This document shows positions 8,501 through 18,034 of a DNA stretch of 64,000 nt, one piece after another. The translations under genes and the position numbers were made by a program. The notes beneath the pieces were generated by a model, which worked only from the letters and a program-made list of their open reading frames with translations, was not told the DNA's origin and did no database searches. Every line of letters begins with the position of its first letter. Position 1 is the stretch's first letter. Origin of the DNA: Pseudomonadota bacterium (GTDB lineage: Bacteria; Myxococcota_A; UBA9160; JADFDR01); assembly GCA_003353845.1 (NCBI GenBank), contig PIVT01000004.1:12283-76282 (forward strand). The letters are read 5' to 3'.

Positions 8501-10081
8501 CTAGACCTTTCGCCCTCGCTCTGCCCAGTAGGGGTCACGCAGGCTGCGGGTGGCCAACTTCCCGTTGGGTTGTCGTGGCAGGTGCTCGTGGAAGTCAATG
8601 CTGCGAGGGCGTTTGTACTTAGCCAGGTGCTGGGCGGCAAAGGAAAGAATCTCTGCACTGAGGGCCTCGGAACCCGTCATCCCGCTGACACATTCAACGG
8701 CGGCTTTGACCGACTCTCCCCATTCTTCATCGGGAACGCCAAACACACAGACATCGGCGATGGCTGGATGATTGATAAGAATGCGCTCGATCTCAGCGGG
8801 GTAAATATTGACCCCGCCCGAGATGATCATATTGGATTTGCGGTCGCATAAGTAGACGAAGCCGTCGTCATCCACGTGCCCGATGTCTCCCACGCTGAAG
8901 ACGTGGGGCTCGGAATGTGCCGTCTTGGTTTGGCTCGGGTTTTTGTGATAACGAAAGACTTGTTCGAGCTCGCGGTGTCGACAAAAGAGCTGCCCCTCGT
9001 GGTTGGCGGGCAAGCGCCTTCCTGCTTCGTCGCAGGCGTAGACTTCGTAATGGGGCAGGGCCTGGCCCACGGTTCCGGGATGGCTGAGCCACTGGGCGCT
9101 GTCGGCCAAGGTGTAAGTGCCGCCTTCCGTCGCTCCCCAATACTCAACGAAGACTGGACCCCAGCATTGAATCATTTTCTTTTTCACTTCGCGTGAGATG
9201 GGGGCTGCACCGTGCAAGACCCTTTCCAGGGAGGATGGTGCTGCATCGGGTTGGGTTTCCAAGGCCAGCAGGCGAACGAACATGGTGGGGACCATGTGGC
9301 TGTGGCGCACTTGCCGAGTGGTGATCAGTTCAAGACACTGCTCGGTGTTCCAACGGGGCATGATGATGAGGGAGGCGCCGTTGAGTAAATCCCACAAGGC
9401 GTAAGCCAGGGGGGCCGCGTGGTAGAGGGGGCCTGTGACCAGGTGCGGTCCCGCACCATCCAGTCCCAAGCCTTTTCCCGATTCACGGCAATGGCTCAAG
9501 GCGTCGCGCAGGGTGGGGGGAAGGCTGCGAATGACGCCTTTGGGCCGCCCACTGGTGCCGCTGGTGTAGAGCATGTTGCCGCCCGCGGGTTCCTCGGGCG
9601 CAAAGGGCTCGCTCGATGCCTCGGCCAGAAGGTCGTCGAGCTGCCGGCCGGCAAGAACACAGGGGATGGCCGCCGCCTTGGCTCCTTGGGGTTGATGTTC
9701 TTCATCGCTGAACAAGATCTTGGCGTCACAGTCCTTAAGGATGTATTGCACTTCTTCGGCGCTTAAGTGTGAGTTGATGGGTGTGAGCCAAATTCCCGAT
9801 AGCATGGCTCCCAAGCAAATTTCAATACACTCCACGCAGTTGCCCATGAGCAGAGCGGCATGCTCGCCGGGGGCCAGGCCGAGGGTGTCTCGGAAAACAT
9901 GAGCAAGGGCCCAGGAACGATTCTCGAGGGCCGCCCAAGATCGCTGTTGCCGCAGGTCGTCCACAGCCAGCTCTTGCTCGTGATTTTTTGCGAAGGGAAA
10001 TAGCATGGGGGAGTTCTTTTTGGCTCCGTAAGATGTCGGCGAGTTCCGGCGGAAAAGGATACTATACGGACCCTTCAGCAA
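8501..10081 (-). CDS. AMP-dependent acyl-CoA synthetase/ligase
   Basis: AMP-binding motifs YTSGTSGRPKGV, GATEGG, GDIGHVDDDGFVYLCDRKSNMIISGGVNIYPAEIE and the C-terminal PRQPNGK. The 10081 start is TTG; ATG at 10006 (MLFPFAK) is an alternative. Confidence 0.85.
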   Translation of the reverse strand: MLKGPYSILFRRNSPTSYGAKKNSPMLFPFAKNHEQELAVDDLRQQRSWAALENRSWALAHVFRDTLGLAPGEHAALLMGNCVECIEICLGAMLSGIWLTPINSHLSAEEVQYILKDCDAKILFSDEEHQPQGAKAAAIPCVLAGRQLDDLLAEASSEPFAPEEPAGGNMLYTSGTSGRPKGVIRSLPPTLRDALSHCRESGKGLGLDGAGPHLVTGPLYHAAPLAYALWDLLNGASLIIMPRWNTEQCLELITTRQVRHSHMVPTMFVRLLALETQPDAAPSSLERVLHGAAPISREVKKKMIQCWGPVFVEYWGATEGGTYTLADSAQWLSHPGTVGQALPHYEVYACDEAGRRLPANHEGQLFCRHRELEQVFRYHKNPSQTKTAHSEPHVFSVGDIGHVDDDGFVYLCDRKSNMIISGGVNIYPAEIERILINHPAIADVCVFGVPDEEWGESVKAAVECVSGMTGSEALSAEILSFAAQHLAKYKRPRSIDFHEHLPRQPNGKLATRSLRDPYWAERGRKV

Positions 10082-10160
10082 AGAGCCCTGTTTAGGGGCT
10101 TACAATGTAGCTGGAAGAAGACCCACTCAAAACTCCAAAATTCATCGTAAGGAAATCTCC

Positions 10161-11456
10161 ATGACCCCTCGAAATGTTGTTCTCGTAGACGGTGCCCGAT
10201 CCGCTTTTGCCCGAGGTGGGCGCGGTAAGTTGGTGGCCACTCGCCTCGATGATGCGGGTGCGACGGTGCTGCGCGCCTTGCTCGACCGCAATCCCCAAAT
10301 TAAACCTCACATGATTGAAGACATTGGTTTGGGCAATGTGGTTGGGGCCCAGGAGTTTACCTACCCCGGTGCTGTCCAACGCCTGGCGGGTCTGCCTTTT
10401 GAAACCGCGAGCTTCAACAGCAATCGCCAGTGCGGTTCTTCCATGGAGACGATGTTTCGTTTGGCCATGGCCATTCAGCTTGGTTACATCGACTGTGGAT
10501 TGACTTTGGGGATCGAACGTATGGGGCGCAATCTCTTCGCGGGCGCGGCTCCCAAAACACGCATCACCAAGACCAACCGGAAAGTCCAGGAAATGAGCGA
10601 GGTGCAAATCGCGCCAGCGCCCGATCATGCAGAGTACTTTTCGCGCGAGTTCCCCGAGTACATTCGCCTGTCACCTCCCTTTCAAGGCATGGCGCAGACG
10701 GCACAGAATGTGGCCGAGGTGTATGAGCTTTTGCGAGAAGAGATCGACGCGTACGCCTTGGAGAGTCATAAGAAGTGTGATGCGGCCTACGAGGCCGGCG
10801 TGTACAAGGATGAAGTGATTCCCTTGGAGGTGGAGACGCCGGTCTTTGATGACGAGGGCAATTGGGTCGAAAAAGAGCATGGCGAGGTCGTCACTTTTGA
10901 TCGCGATGAATGCATCCGTGTGTCAACGCCTGAAAAGTTGGCAGCGCTGCCAGGCCTCAAGGGTGTGAAGAGCTTTGCGGATAAAGAGGTCGTCATCTCC
11001 GCAGGCAATTGCTGCCCCACCAACGATGGGATTACGGCTGCCATTGTCATGTCCGAAGAGAAGGCCTTGGCGCTGGGCTTGGAGCCACTGGCCCGCATTC
11101 GCGCCATGGCCGTGGGCGGTGTGAAACCTCAAATGATGGGCGTGGGTCCTGTGGTGTCGACCAAGAAGGCATTGAAGCAAGCGGGCCTGACGGCGGACCA
11201 GATCGATCGAGTGGAGTTCAACGAGGCTTTTGCCGCCCAGGTGATTCCCTCTTGTCGTGAGATCGGATTGGATTTGTCCAAGGTGAATGTGAACGGGGGC
11301 TCCTTGGCCATTGGTCATCCCTTGGGCGCAACAGGCGCGCGCTTGGTGACCACCGTCGCCATGGAGCTTCGCCGCAGCGGCGGACGCTTCGGGTTGGCCA
11401 CGCAATGCATCGGCGTGGGTCAGGGCGTGACCACGATTCTTGAGCGCATCGATTGA
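10161..11456 (+). CDS. thiolase family acetyl-CoA C-acyltransferase (431 aa, long-insert type)
   Basis: Nucleophile motif NRQCGSS and C-terminal catalytic motifs NVNGGSLAIGHPLGATGARL and CIGVGQG. Divergent from the acyl-CoA synthetase. Confidence 0.9.
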   Translation: MTPRNVVLVDGARSAFARGGRGKLVATRLDDAGATVLRALLDRNPQIKPHMIEDIGLGNVVGAQEFTYPGAVQRLAGLPFETASFNSNRQCGSSMETMFRLAMAIQLGYIDCGLTLGIERMGRNLFAGAAPKTRITKTNRKVQEMSEVQIAPAPDHAEYFSREFPEYIRLSPPFQGMAQTAQNVAEVYELLREEIDAYALESHKKCDAAYEAGVYKDEVIPLEVETPVFDDEGNWVEKEHGEVVTFDRDECIRVSTPEKLAALPGLKGVKSFADKEVVISAGNCCPTNDGITAAIVMSEEKALALGLEPLARIRAMAVGGVKPQMMGVGPVVSTKKALKQAGLTADQIDRVEFNEAFAAQVIPSCREIGLDLSKVNVNGGSLAIGHPLGATGARLVTTVAMELRRSGGRFGLATQCIGVGQGVTTILERID

Positions 11457-11480
11457 CCGAGAGCTCTAATCAAAAGAAAA

Positions 11481-11519
11481 ACATCGGCCCGGGATTCAAT
11501 CCCGGGCCGATGTTTTTTT
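11481..11519 (+). terminator. rho-independent terminator
   Basis: catcggcccggga / tcccgggccgatg forms a 13-bp perfect stem with a 5-nt loop, followed by a T7 run, 25 nt after the thiolase stop. Confidence 0.85.
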
Positions 11520-11572
11520 GAGCCTTCTTTAATACGCTGCGCTCTTACATGGGCGCGACTAGATTGGCTCGA

Positions 11573-12106
11573 CTACATTGGCGCGACAAAGCCAGGTGTG
11601 CCGCTTTCACTCTGGTAGAGTCGCTGCACATCCTCTTTGTCCGAATCTTGTTTCTTGCCGCCCCAATACAGCTCTGCTTTGATCCAAATTTTTGACGAGA
11701 ATTGCTCGACCACTTGTTGCGCTTCAAGTGGGAATTTTACACGGATGGTCATGTTGAGAGGTGGATCGCTATCCGGAGTGGTCTCCGTGTTGGGTCGGTA
11801 TCCCGAACCAAATTTGGTTCCTCGTTGAACCACATCGTGCTCGGCGATGTACTCCCAATCGTACTCCACCTCCCGAGCGACGGCGGCTCCCGAAAAAAGA
11901 ACCTTGACGTCGCGTGGATCAATGCCGCTGGGCAGCTTTTTAAAATTCAGGTCGAGCCAGCACTCCAGGTGGCCCGATGCGATATTTCCCCCGCCCACCA
12001 TTTTCTCGATCTTGGCATTGCCGCAGCCCACGGCGACCAGGCAAATGAGAAGGCATAGGTTTCTGTTAAATGGTTGGTTTTGCACGTCCAACCCCCTTAT
12101 CCCCAA
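11573..12106 (-). CDS. hypothetical lipoprotein
   Basis: N-terminal LCLLICLVAVGC lipobox-like signal. TTG start at 12106; GTG at 12085, preceded by AAGGGGG, is an alternative. No domain recognised. Confidence 0.55.
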   Translation of the reverse strand: MGIRGLDVQNQPFNRNLCLLICLVAVGCGNAKIEKMVGGGNIASGHLECWLDLNFKKLPSGIDPRDVKVLFSGAAVAREVEYDWEYIAEHDVVQRGTKFGSGYRPNTETTPDSDPPLNMTIRVKFPLEAQQVVEQFSSKIWIKAELYWGGKKQDSDKEDVQRLYQSESGTPGFVAPM

Positions 12107-12198
12107 ATGAAGAGGAGAGCAACTTGCGAAAAGAAACTAATTCGAGCCGCATTGTATCAGGAAAATGAGCCGCGGGGAATCGATGGAGGAAAAGGGGC

Positions 12199-13068
12199 CT
12201 AGCCTTGCAGCACTTTGAGAGGAGTGGTTTTTCGCAAAGAAGATGCGGGCGCGCTGTCGAATTCCTCTTCCGCAATGCTCAATCCCTTGAAGTCGAAGAG
12301 CTTGTGGTCGGCCAGGTGAGAGGGGACGGTGTTTTGCAAGGCTCGGAAGATATTCTCGCTGCGGCCGGGGAACTGCTCATCCCAGTCGCGCAGCATTTGC
12401 TTCATGGCCTGGCGCTGCAAGTTCTCTTGGGATCCACATAGGTTGCAGGGGATGATGGGGAAAGCGCGATCTTCAGCATAGCGCGCCACGTCCTTTTCCT
12501 TGCAATAGGCCAGGGGCCGAATCAGCATGAACTGCCCATCGTCACTTTTTAATTTTGGTGCCATGGCCTTCAGGGTTCCGCCAAAGAACATATTGAGGAA
12601 CAAGGTTTCGATGATGTCTTCGCGATGGTGCCCCAGCGCGATTTTCGTAGCACCGATTTCGCGGGCAAAGTTATAGAGATTGCCGCGGCGCAGACGAGAA
12701 CAGAGTGAGCACATGGTTTGCCCCTCGCCGATGTGTTTCTTGACGAGGGAGTACGTGTCCTTTTCTAGGATGTGATATTCGATCCCCAGCGTTTCCAAGT
12801 AGGCGGGCAACACCTCTTCGGGGTAGTCGGGCTGCTTTTGGTCCAGATTCACCCCGATGATTTCGCAGTCGAGATCCCCCGTTTCCTTGAGCGAGAGCAG
12901 GAGGTCCAGCAGGCTATAGGAGTCTTTTCCTCCCGACAGGCAGACCATGATGCGATCGCCGGGCACGAGCATCTCAAAATCATCGATGGCCCGGGCGGTG
13001 AGACGGCGCAGCTTCTTTCGCCGCTTGTTTATTTCGTAGCTTTGTTTTCGCGGGTCCGCGCTGCTCAT
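12199..13068 (-). CDS. ttcA: tRNA 2-thiocytidine(32) synthetase TtcA
   Basis: PP-loop VCLSGGKDS and the Fe-S cysteines [10 protein letters not shown] and CNLCGSQ. The N-terminus [20 protein letters not shown] aligns with the E. coli TtcA N-terminus. I chose ATG 13068 (GAGGGAA RBS) over the 428-aa ORF-track start. Confidence 0.85.
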   Translation of the reverse strand: MSSADPRKQSYEINKRRKKLRRLTARAIDDFEMLVPGDRIMVCLSGGKDSYSLLDLLLSLKETGDLDCEIIGVNLDQKQPDYPEEVLPAYLETLGIEYHILEKDTYSLVKKHIGEGQTMCSLCSRLRRGNLYNFAREIGATKIALGHHREDIIETLFLNMFFGGTLKAMAPKLKSDDGQFMLIRPLAYCKEKDVARYAEDRAFPIIPCNLCGSQENLQRQAMKQMLRDWDEQFPGRSENIFRALQNTVPSHLADHKLFDFKGLSIAEEEFDSAPASSLRKTTPLKVLQG

Positions 13069-13266
13069 AAAAGTTCCCTCTGGATGGCCGGAGCGCAATA
13101 TAGCGGTTTTCCAGAGAAAATCGCCCATGTCGCAGGGCTCGTCTCGGGCTGTCTCTGTATTTAGTTTTCGGGCATGGACCCTCCCATAGGGGTCGCTGAA
13201 GCGAGAATGGGAGGGTGGGAAATGGGTTGCGGTGCGGCGTTGCGCCACAGCCGAAAGCCTTTCGCT

Positions 13267-13295
13267 AGAGGTACAATCAACAGAGGTACAATCAA
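13267..13295. repeat. 15-bp-period tandem direct repeat agaggtacaatcaa, x2
   Basis: Read directly: 13267-13280 and 13282-13295, in the divergent ttcA / WS-DGAT intergenic region. Confidence 0.9.
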
Positions 13296-13369
13296 TCCAA
13301 ACAAAACTGTGGACCTCTTCCTGCCCTTTGTTAGAACATGGGACAGGGCAAGCATGGAGAAGAACAGGG

Positions 13370-14788
13370 ATGCAAACAATATCTGGGGCAGATGCTTCTT
13401 TTCTCCTCGAAGAGACCCCAGAGATGCACATGCATACCCTGAAGTTGTCGGTGGTCGATCCCTCGACGGCGGCCAACCCCATCACCTTTGAGCTGTTTCA
13501 GGAGTTGGCCATGCGCCAGCTTCCACTGTTTACTCCCTTCCGGAGAAGGCCTCTCGATGCCCCGTACTCCTTGGGACCTCCTGTCTGGGTCGAAGATCGT
13601 GATCTGGATGTCAACTACCACATTCAGCGCATCGTACTTCCCAACGGGGGCGGTGATCACGAACTCGATGAAGTGATGAGTGAGGTGGGGAGTACCCCCT
13701 TGCGTCGAGACCACCCACTCTGGCAGTTCTACTACATCGAAGGCTTGGACCATGGCTACATCGCTTATCTACTGAAACTTCATCACGCGGTTGCAGATGG
13801 TTCGGTGAGCACGGCCTTGATGAGTTTGTCGTTTCACACCAGCCCCGAAGGAGCCACGAATCCTCCCACGGTGGAGGAGTTGGTGAAATTGGTTAAACCC
13901 GATACAGCCGTTGCTCCAGATACGTTTGTACGGTTTGTGTTGCGTGCCTCCAATAAAATTATCAGGCGCTCCCCTAATTTGTTTGCTCGTTCGGCTCGAT
14001 CCATCACCAAAGACGTTTCTCAAATCATCCGCAGGAAAAAAAGACCCATCAATGCTTTTGTGGGACCGGCCACGCGCTTTAACCGGCCCGTGAGCGCAGA
14101 TCGTATTTTCTCCCACGTCACACTTTCTTTGAGCGACCTCATTACAGTCAAGAACGCCTTTGGTTGTACGGTGAATGATGTATATCTTGCGCTGGTTGGC
14201 GGGGCGCTACGCAGATATCTCGATAGTCATCGAGAACTGCCCAAGCGTTCGATTTCGGCCGTGGTGCCGGTTTCCATTCGCTCTGATTCCGACGAAGCCC
14301 TCTTTGGAAATGCGGTGGCTCAGTGGTTTGCAACAACGGGAAGTGGCATCGTCGACCCTGGCGAACGCTTGCGCGCTGTCAGCGATAGCACGCGTATTTC
14401 GCGCCAGGCCTTTGAGGGGAAAGACCGACATCTGACCAAGGATTGGTATGACCTCTGGCCGCTGCGCCGGCTCTACATCTTTGCATTGCCTTCGATGGTG
14501 ACTTCAATCATCAAACGTCCCGCGTATAATATCATTGTGTCCAATGTCTCAGGGCCGCGTGTCCCTTTGTACAGTGATGGTGCTCGCGTCGTGTCCGTGC
14601 GCTCCATCGGTCCGCTCGCACGGCAGCAGGGTTTGAATTTTACCGCGTGGAGTTATCTCGATGCTTTTAGTATCACAATGCATGCCTGCCGGAGAGAAGC
14701 CGGCGACCTGCGTTGCCTGGCCGACGCTTTTCCTCCCGAGGTGAAGGAGCTGTTAGAGGCGGCACGGCGCGAGTCGCAGCGGGATTGA
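13370..14788 (+). CDS. wax ester synthase/diacylglycerol acyltransferase (WS/DGAT) family, paralogue 1
   Basis: Active-site motif HHAVADG (HHxxxDG), N-terminus [15 protein letters not shown] typical of the family, and the C-terminal [10 protein letters not shown] motif. Start moved to ATG 13370. Confidence 0.85.
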   Translation: MQTISGADASFLLEETPEMHMHTLKLSVVDPSTAANPITFELFQELAMRQLPLFTPFRRRPLDAPYSLGPPVWVEDRDLDVNYHIQRIVLPNGGGDHELDEVMSEVGSTPLRRDHPLWQFYYIEGLDHGYIAYLLKLHHAVADGSVSTALMSLSFHTSPEGATNPPTVEELVKLVKPDTAVAPDTFVRFVLRASNKIIRRSPNLFARSARSITKDVSQIIRRKKRPINAFVGPATRFNRPVSADRIFSHVTLSLSDLITVKNAFGCTVNDVYLALVGGALRRYLDSHRELPKRSISAVVPVSIRSDSDEALFGNAVAQWFATTGSGIVDPGERLRAVSDSTRISRQAFEGKDRHLTKDWYDLWPLRRLYIFALPSMVTSIIKRPAYNIIVSNVSGPRVPLYSDGARVVSVRSIGPLARQQGLNFTAWSYLDAFSITMHACRREAGDLRCLADAFPPEVKELLEAARRESQRD

Positions 14789-14806
14789 ATTCTTTGAGAA
14801 GTTTCC

Positions 14807-15964
14807 ATGACAGCTCTTGAGATAAACGGTCAGGTAGCGCCCGGGTTTGAAGCGGTCCGGGAAGCCTTTCAGGCGAATTTTGTGCAGCATGGAGAAGTGG
14901 GTGCGGCTTTTGCGTTGTATCTCGACGGTGAACTCATTGTTGATTGTTGGGGAGGTTGTGCGGATCCCGTAAGTGAGCGTCCATGGCAGCGAGATTCCTT
15001 GCAACTTATTTTTTCCGCAACCAAGGCAGCCACCGTTGCCTGCTTGCTCCGTCTGGTGGAGCGTGGTGAAATTGATCTCGATGCAGCGGTGGCAAGTTAT
15101 TGGCCGGAATTCGCAGCTGAGGGTAAGGGGGAGATCCCTGTCCGTTGGTTGCTGTGTCACCGTGCGGGAATTCCCGTTATCGATGCCAGCCTGAGCTTGG
15201 AAGAGGTTTACGCTTGGGATCCGGTGATCAAGGCCCTGGAAAAACAGGTCCCGGTATGGGAACCGGGAACGGCCCATGGCTACCATGCGCGTACCTTTGG
15301 ATGGCTTGTTGGAGAATTGGTGCGCCGGGTGAGTGGGCGGAGTATCGGTCGATTCTTTGCAGAGGAAATTGCCGAGCCCTTGGGATTGAGTTTCTTTATC
15401 GGATTGCCAGAGTCCATGGAATCGCGTTGTACACGTGTGTTATCTCCCGTGACAGACCCTGAGGCCGGTGATGGAAAGTCCCTTTTGGAAATTTTTGGTC
15501 CAGATACGCTGTTGCACCGTGTCTTGACCGGTCCTTCGGGTTTGTTTGGCTACGATGACATGTGGAACAGTCGCCCCTTGCACGCTGCCGAGATTCCATC
15601 CTCCAACGGAATTTGCGATGCGCGATCTCTGGCCCGTTTTTACGCGGCCATGATCGGATCCATCGATGGTCAGCGAATACTTTCTCCCGAAACCGTGGAG
15701 GCTGCGCGAGTCCTCCAGGTGGAGGGTCGCGATAAAGTTGTTTTCATGCACAGCTGTTTCGGGCTTGGATTCATGCTGCCCCCGATCTTGAACCCGGCGC
15801 TCCCGAAGGGCTGCTTTGGTCACCCCGGTGCAGGAGGTTCTTTGGGCTTTGCCCATCCTGAACGAGGCCTGGCCTTTGGCTATGTTATGAACCAGATGCA
15901 CATGGGTCTGTCAGGGGATGCGCGCAGTACGGCTTTGGTGAAGGCCGTCTATTCTTGTTTGTAG
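14807..15964 (+). CDS. serine hydrolase, class-C beta-lactamase fold (EstB/LovD-like esterase family)
   Basis: SxxK motif FSATKAAT, a Tyr-containing second motif region, and HPGAGGSLGF near the C-terminus. Starts 18 bp after WS/DGAT-1. Confidence 0.85.
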   Translation: MTALEINGQVAPGFEAVREAFQANFVQHGEVGAAFALYLDGELIVDCWGGCADPVSERPWQRDSLQLIFSATKAATVACLLRLVERGEIDLDAAVASYWPEFAAEGKGEIPVRWLLCHRAGIPVIDASLSLEEVYAWDPVIKALEKQVPVWEPGTAHGYHARTFGWLVGELVRRVSGRSIGRFFAEEIAEPLGLSFFIGLPESMESRCTRVLSPVTDPEAGDGKSLLEIFGPDTLLHRVLTGPSGLFGYDDMWNSRPLHAAEIPSSNGICDARSLARFYAAMIGSIDGQRILSPETVEAARVLQVEGRDKVVFMHSCFGLGFMLPPILNPALPKGCFGHPGAGGSLGFAHPERGLAFGYVMNQMHMGLSGDARSTALVKAVYSCL

Positions 15965-15985
15965 TGCTCTTGTTTGTAGCCCGTC

Positions 15986-16834
15986 TTATTTGTGCTTCGC
16001 GACGAACTCCGCAACTTTTTGAGTCCAGTCTGAAGTTTCATTCATCTTGGAAACAACGTGCAGTTCGCTGTTGGGAATCAGTTCCACCAGCTCTTCTGCC
16101 GTAGAGACAGGATGTCCGGGATCACCTGTCCATGCAAGAATCAGTGTGGGCTGTTCCAACTTGGAGAGCAGTGAGGGATCGGGCAGGTCAGATTCACCCA
16201 GGCCACGGAAGGCGGCGACGCCGGAGCGACGATCCTGATCGTGGGCGTGGCGAACCATGGAATGGACCAGGTGACCGGCAGGTGAATCGTACCCACCAGG
16301 CAGGGAGAGTGAACCGACAAACTGGAGTGGGAAAAAACCGATGAGGCGCACGGCTTGTGCGGCATAGCGATAAAGTTTCGCCTGGCGTGGGCGCGTGTCC
16401 CAGGCCGTGGGAGGCGCCATGAGCACGAGCGCTTTTACGCGTTCGGGTGAGTGCACGGCGGTGTGAAGGGCGACGGCACAGCCCATGGAGACTCCGCCGG
16501 CCACAAACTCATCGATATCAAGTGCATCGGTGAGCCCCAATAAATCTTCGGTGAGGGCGGAAAAGTGAAAATCTATCGGGTCGTGGCAATGTTGAGACTC
16601 GCCATGCCCACGTGCGTCGTAGCGAACGACACGCGTTTGCTGCGTTAGCTCTTTCCAGCGCAGAAGATTGGCATCATCGTCTTGTCCCATATCGCCCAAA
16701 AGGCAGTGCCCCCACAAAAGAGGACACGGATCTTCGGGGCCTTCTTCGCGCACGGCTAATTCTGCGCCACGCACGTAGACCCAACGCTGGTTGGGATGAG
16801 TTGCGTCGCCCGCCTTATTGCCGCGCATCTGCAC
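15986..16834 (-). CDS. alpha/beta hydrolase
   Basis: Nucleophile elbow GVSMGCAVAL (GxSxG), an HG-type oxyanion region (LLWGHCLLGD) and a C-terminal His region. Overlaps the upstream gene by 20 nt. Confidence 0.8.
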   Translation of the reverse strand: MQMRGNKAGDATHPNQRWVYVRGAELAVREEGPEDPCPLLWGHCLLGDMGQDDDANLLRWKELTQQTRVVRYDARGHGESQHCHDPIDFHFSALTEDLLGLTDALDIDEFVAGGVSMGCAVALHTAVHSPERVKALVLMAPPTAWDTRPRQAKLYRYAAQAVRLIGFFPLQFVGSLSLPGGYDSPAGHLVHSMVRHAHDQDRRSGVAAFRGLGESDLPDPSLLSKLEQPTLILAWTGDPGHPVSTAEELVELIPNSELHVVSKMNETSDWTQKVAEFVAKHK

Positions 16835-18005
16835 ACTTTACCGCTGCGGCACCCATACGCAGAATGCGGGTGTCGAGCATGGCAGAACCCGAGTTGACAA
16901 TGAGCGCAACTGCAAGCTCTCGGCTGGGGTCCGCCCAGGCGCCCGATCCACCAAAGCCAAAGTGCCCGAAGGCTTCGGGCAAGAGCTGATTGATTGTGCC
17001 GATGCGGTGATAACCCAGCCGCCAATTTAGATCGAAGGGGTTCCGGCTACGGGATTTGGGAGGGTGTTGGATTTCACTGAGTTGACGGAAGGTCTTGGGC
17101 GAAATCATCCGCACACCATCCACGCTGCCGCCACCCGCCAGCATGGCGTACATGCGCGCGAGGGAGCGCGCAGTAAACAACCCATTAATAGAGGGGAGCG
17201 TAGCGCTTAGCACTTCTTCCGAGGAGAAATCGATGGAGCTGATACCGTGGGGCATGAGGTCCAATGCGGACGCGAATTCAAGTTCGCTACCAGCGAGGTC
17301 GAGGATCTTTTGGAGAAGAGCAACGGGTTTTCGAAGGACCTGGCCGAATTCAAGGCCTTTGCGTTTGGCGCCTTCGGGGCCGATGAGCTGTGCGGCTTGT
17401 TCGATTTCATGTTTAGGGGCTCCAATATAGAAACCCTCCAGTCCGAGAGGAATGGCCAGTTCGCCTTCGACAACTTCGCGGAAGGGCTTTTGTGTGACGC
17501 GCTGAATGATTTCACCAACAAGGTAGCCATAGGTGAGACCGTGGTATCCAATGCGCGCGCCGGGTTCGTGAATGGGTTCGCAATTTTCAATGGCCTCGAT
17601 CATGTGGTCCCAGTCGATCATGCGGTCGGCATGGTCAATCATCTGGCGCACATGGTAGAGCCCGGATTGATGGCAGAGCACCTGTCGAACCGTGATACGT
17701 TCTTTGCCCAGTTGGCCGAACTCAGGCCAGTAGTGGCAAACTGGCCGGTCGTATTTGATAAGCCCCTTGTCGGCCAATATGTGCAAGACGGTAGAGGCCA
17801 CGCCCTTGGTTGTTGAAAAACTTGGTGCCGCTGTTGTCGCTTCCCAGGGTGCACCTTCGCCACATTTGTACCCACCCCAGATGTCAACCACGCGTTCGCC
17901 GCGATGAAAGACGGCAACGGCTGCACCACCACGGCTGTTGGCCAATTGACGCCGCAGGGCGACACCAACCTCACTGAACTCGGGATGTAAATGACCGTCG
18001 ATCAT
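16815..18005 (-). CDS. serine hydrolase, class-C beta-lactamase fold (EstB-like), paralogue of 14807-15964
   Basis: SxxK motif FSTTKGVAS and C-terminal HFGFGGSGAWADP. Aligns by eye along its whole length with the 14807-15964 product. Confidence 0.85.
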   Translation of the reverse strand: MIDGHLHPEFSEVGVALRRQLANSRGGAAVAVFHRGERVVDIWGGYKCGEGAPWEATTAAPSFSTTKGVASTVLHILADKGLIKYDRPVCHYWPEFGQLGKERITVRQVLCHQSGLYHVRQMIDHADRMIDWDHMIEAIENCEPIHEPGARIGYHGLTYGYLVGEIIQRVTQKPFREVVEGELAIPLGLEGFYIGAPKHEIEQAAQLIGPEGAKRKGLEFGQVLRKPVALLQKILDLAGSELEFASALDLMPHGISSIDFSSEEVLSATLPSINGLFTARSLARMYAMLAGGGSVDGVRMISPKTFRQLSEIQHPPKSRSRNPFDLNWRLGYHRIGTINQLLPEAFGHFGFGGSGAWADPSRELAVALIVNSGSAMLDTRILRMGAAAVKCADARQ

Positions 18006-18034
18006 TCTTGTTCTCCTGGTGGCATTGAGAAAAT

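Noticed and set aside
13069-13485. N-terminal 139-aa extension of the ttcA ORF, and the 46-aa extension of the WS/DGAT ORF at 13232-13369
   Set aside because: The two extensions overlap each other on opposite strands. Both proteins align from the internal ATGs (13068 and 13370) with the known family N-termini, and RBS-like sequences precede those ATGs.
14807-18005. The two beta-lactamase-family genes, considered as antibiotic-resistance determinants
   Set aside because: Neither has a signal peptide, and both are embedded in WS/DGAT and hydrolase operons. The family includes many cytoplasmic esterases and acyltransferases, so I do not support a resistance call.
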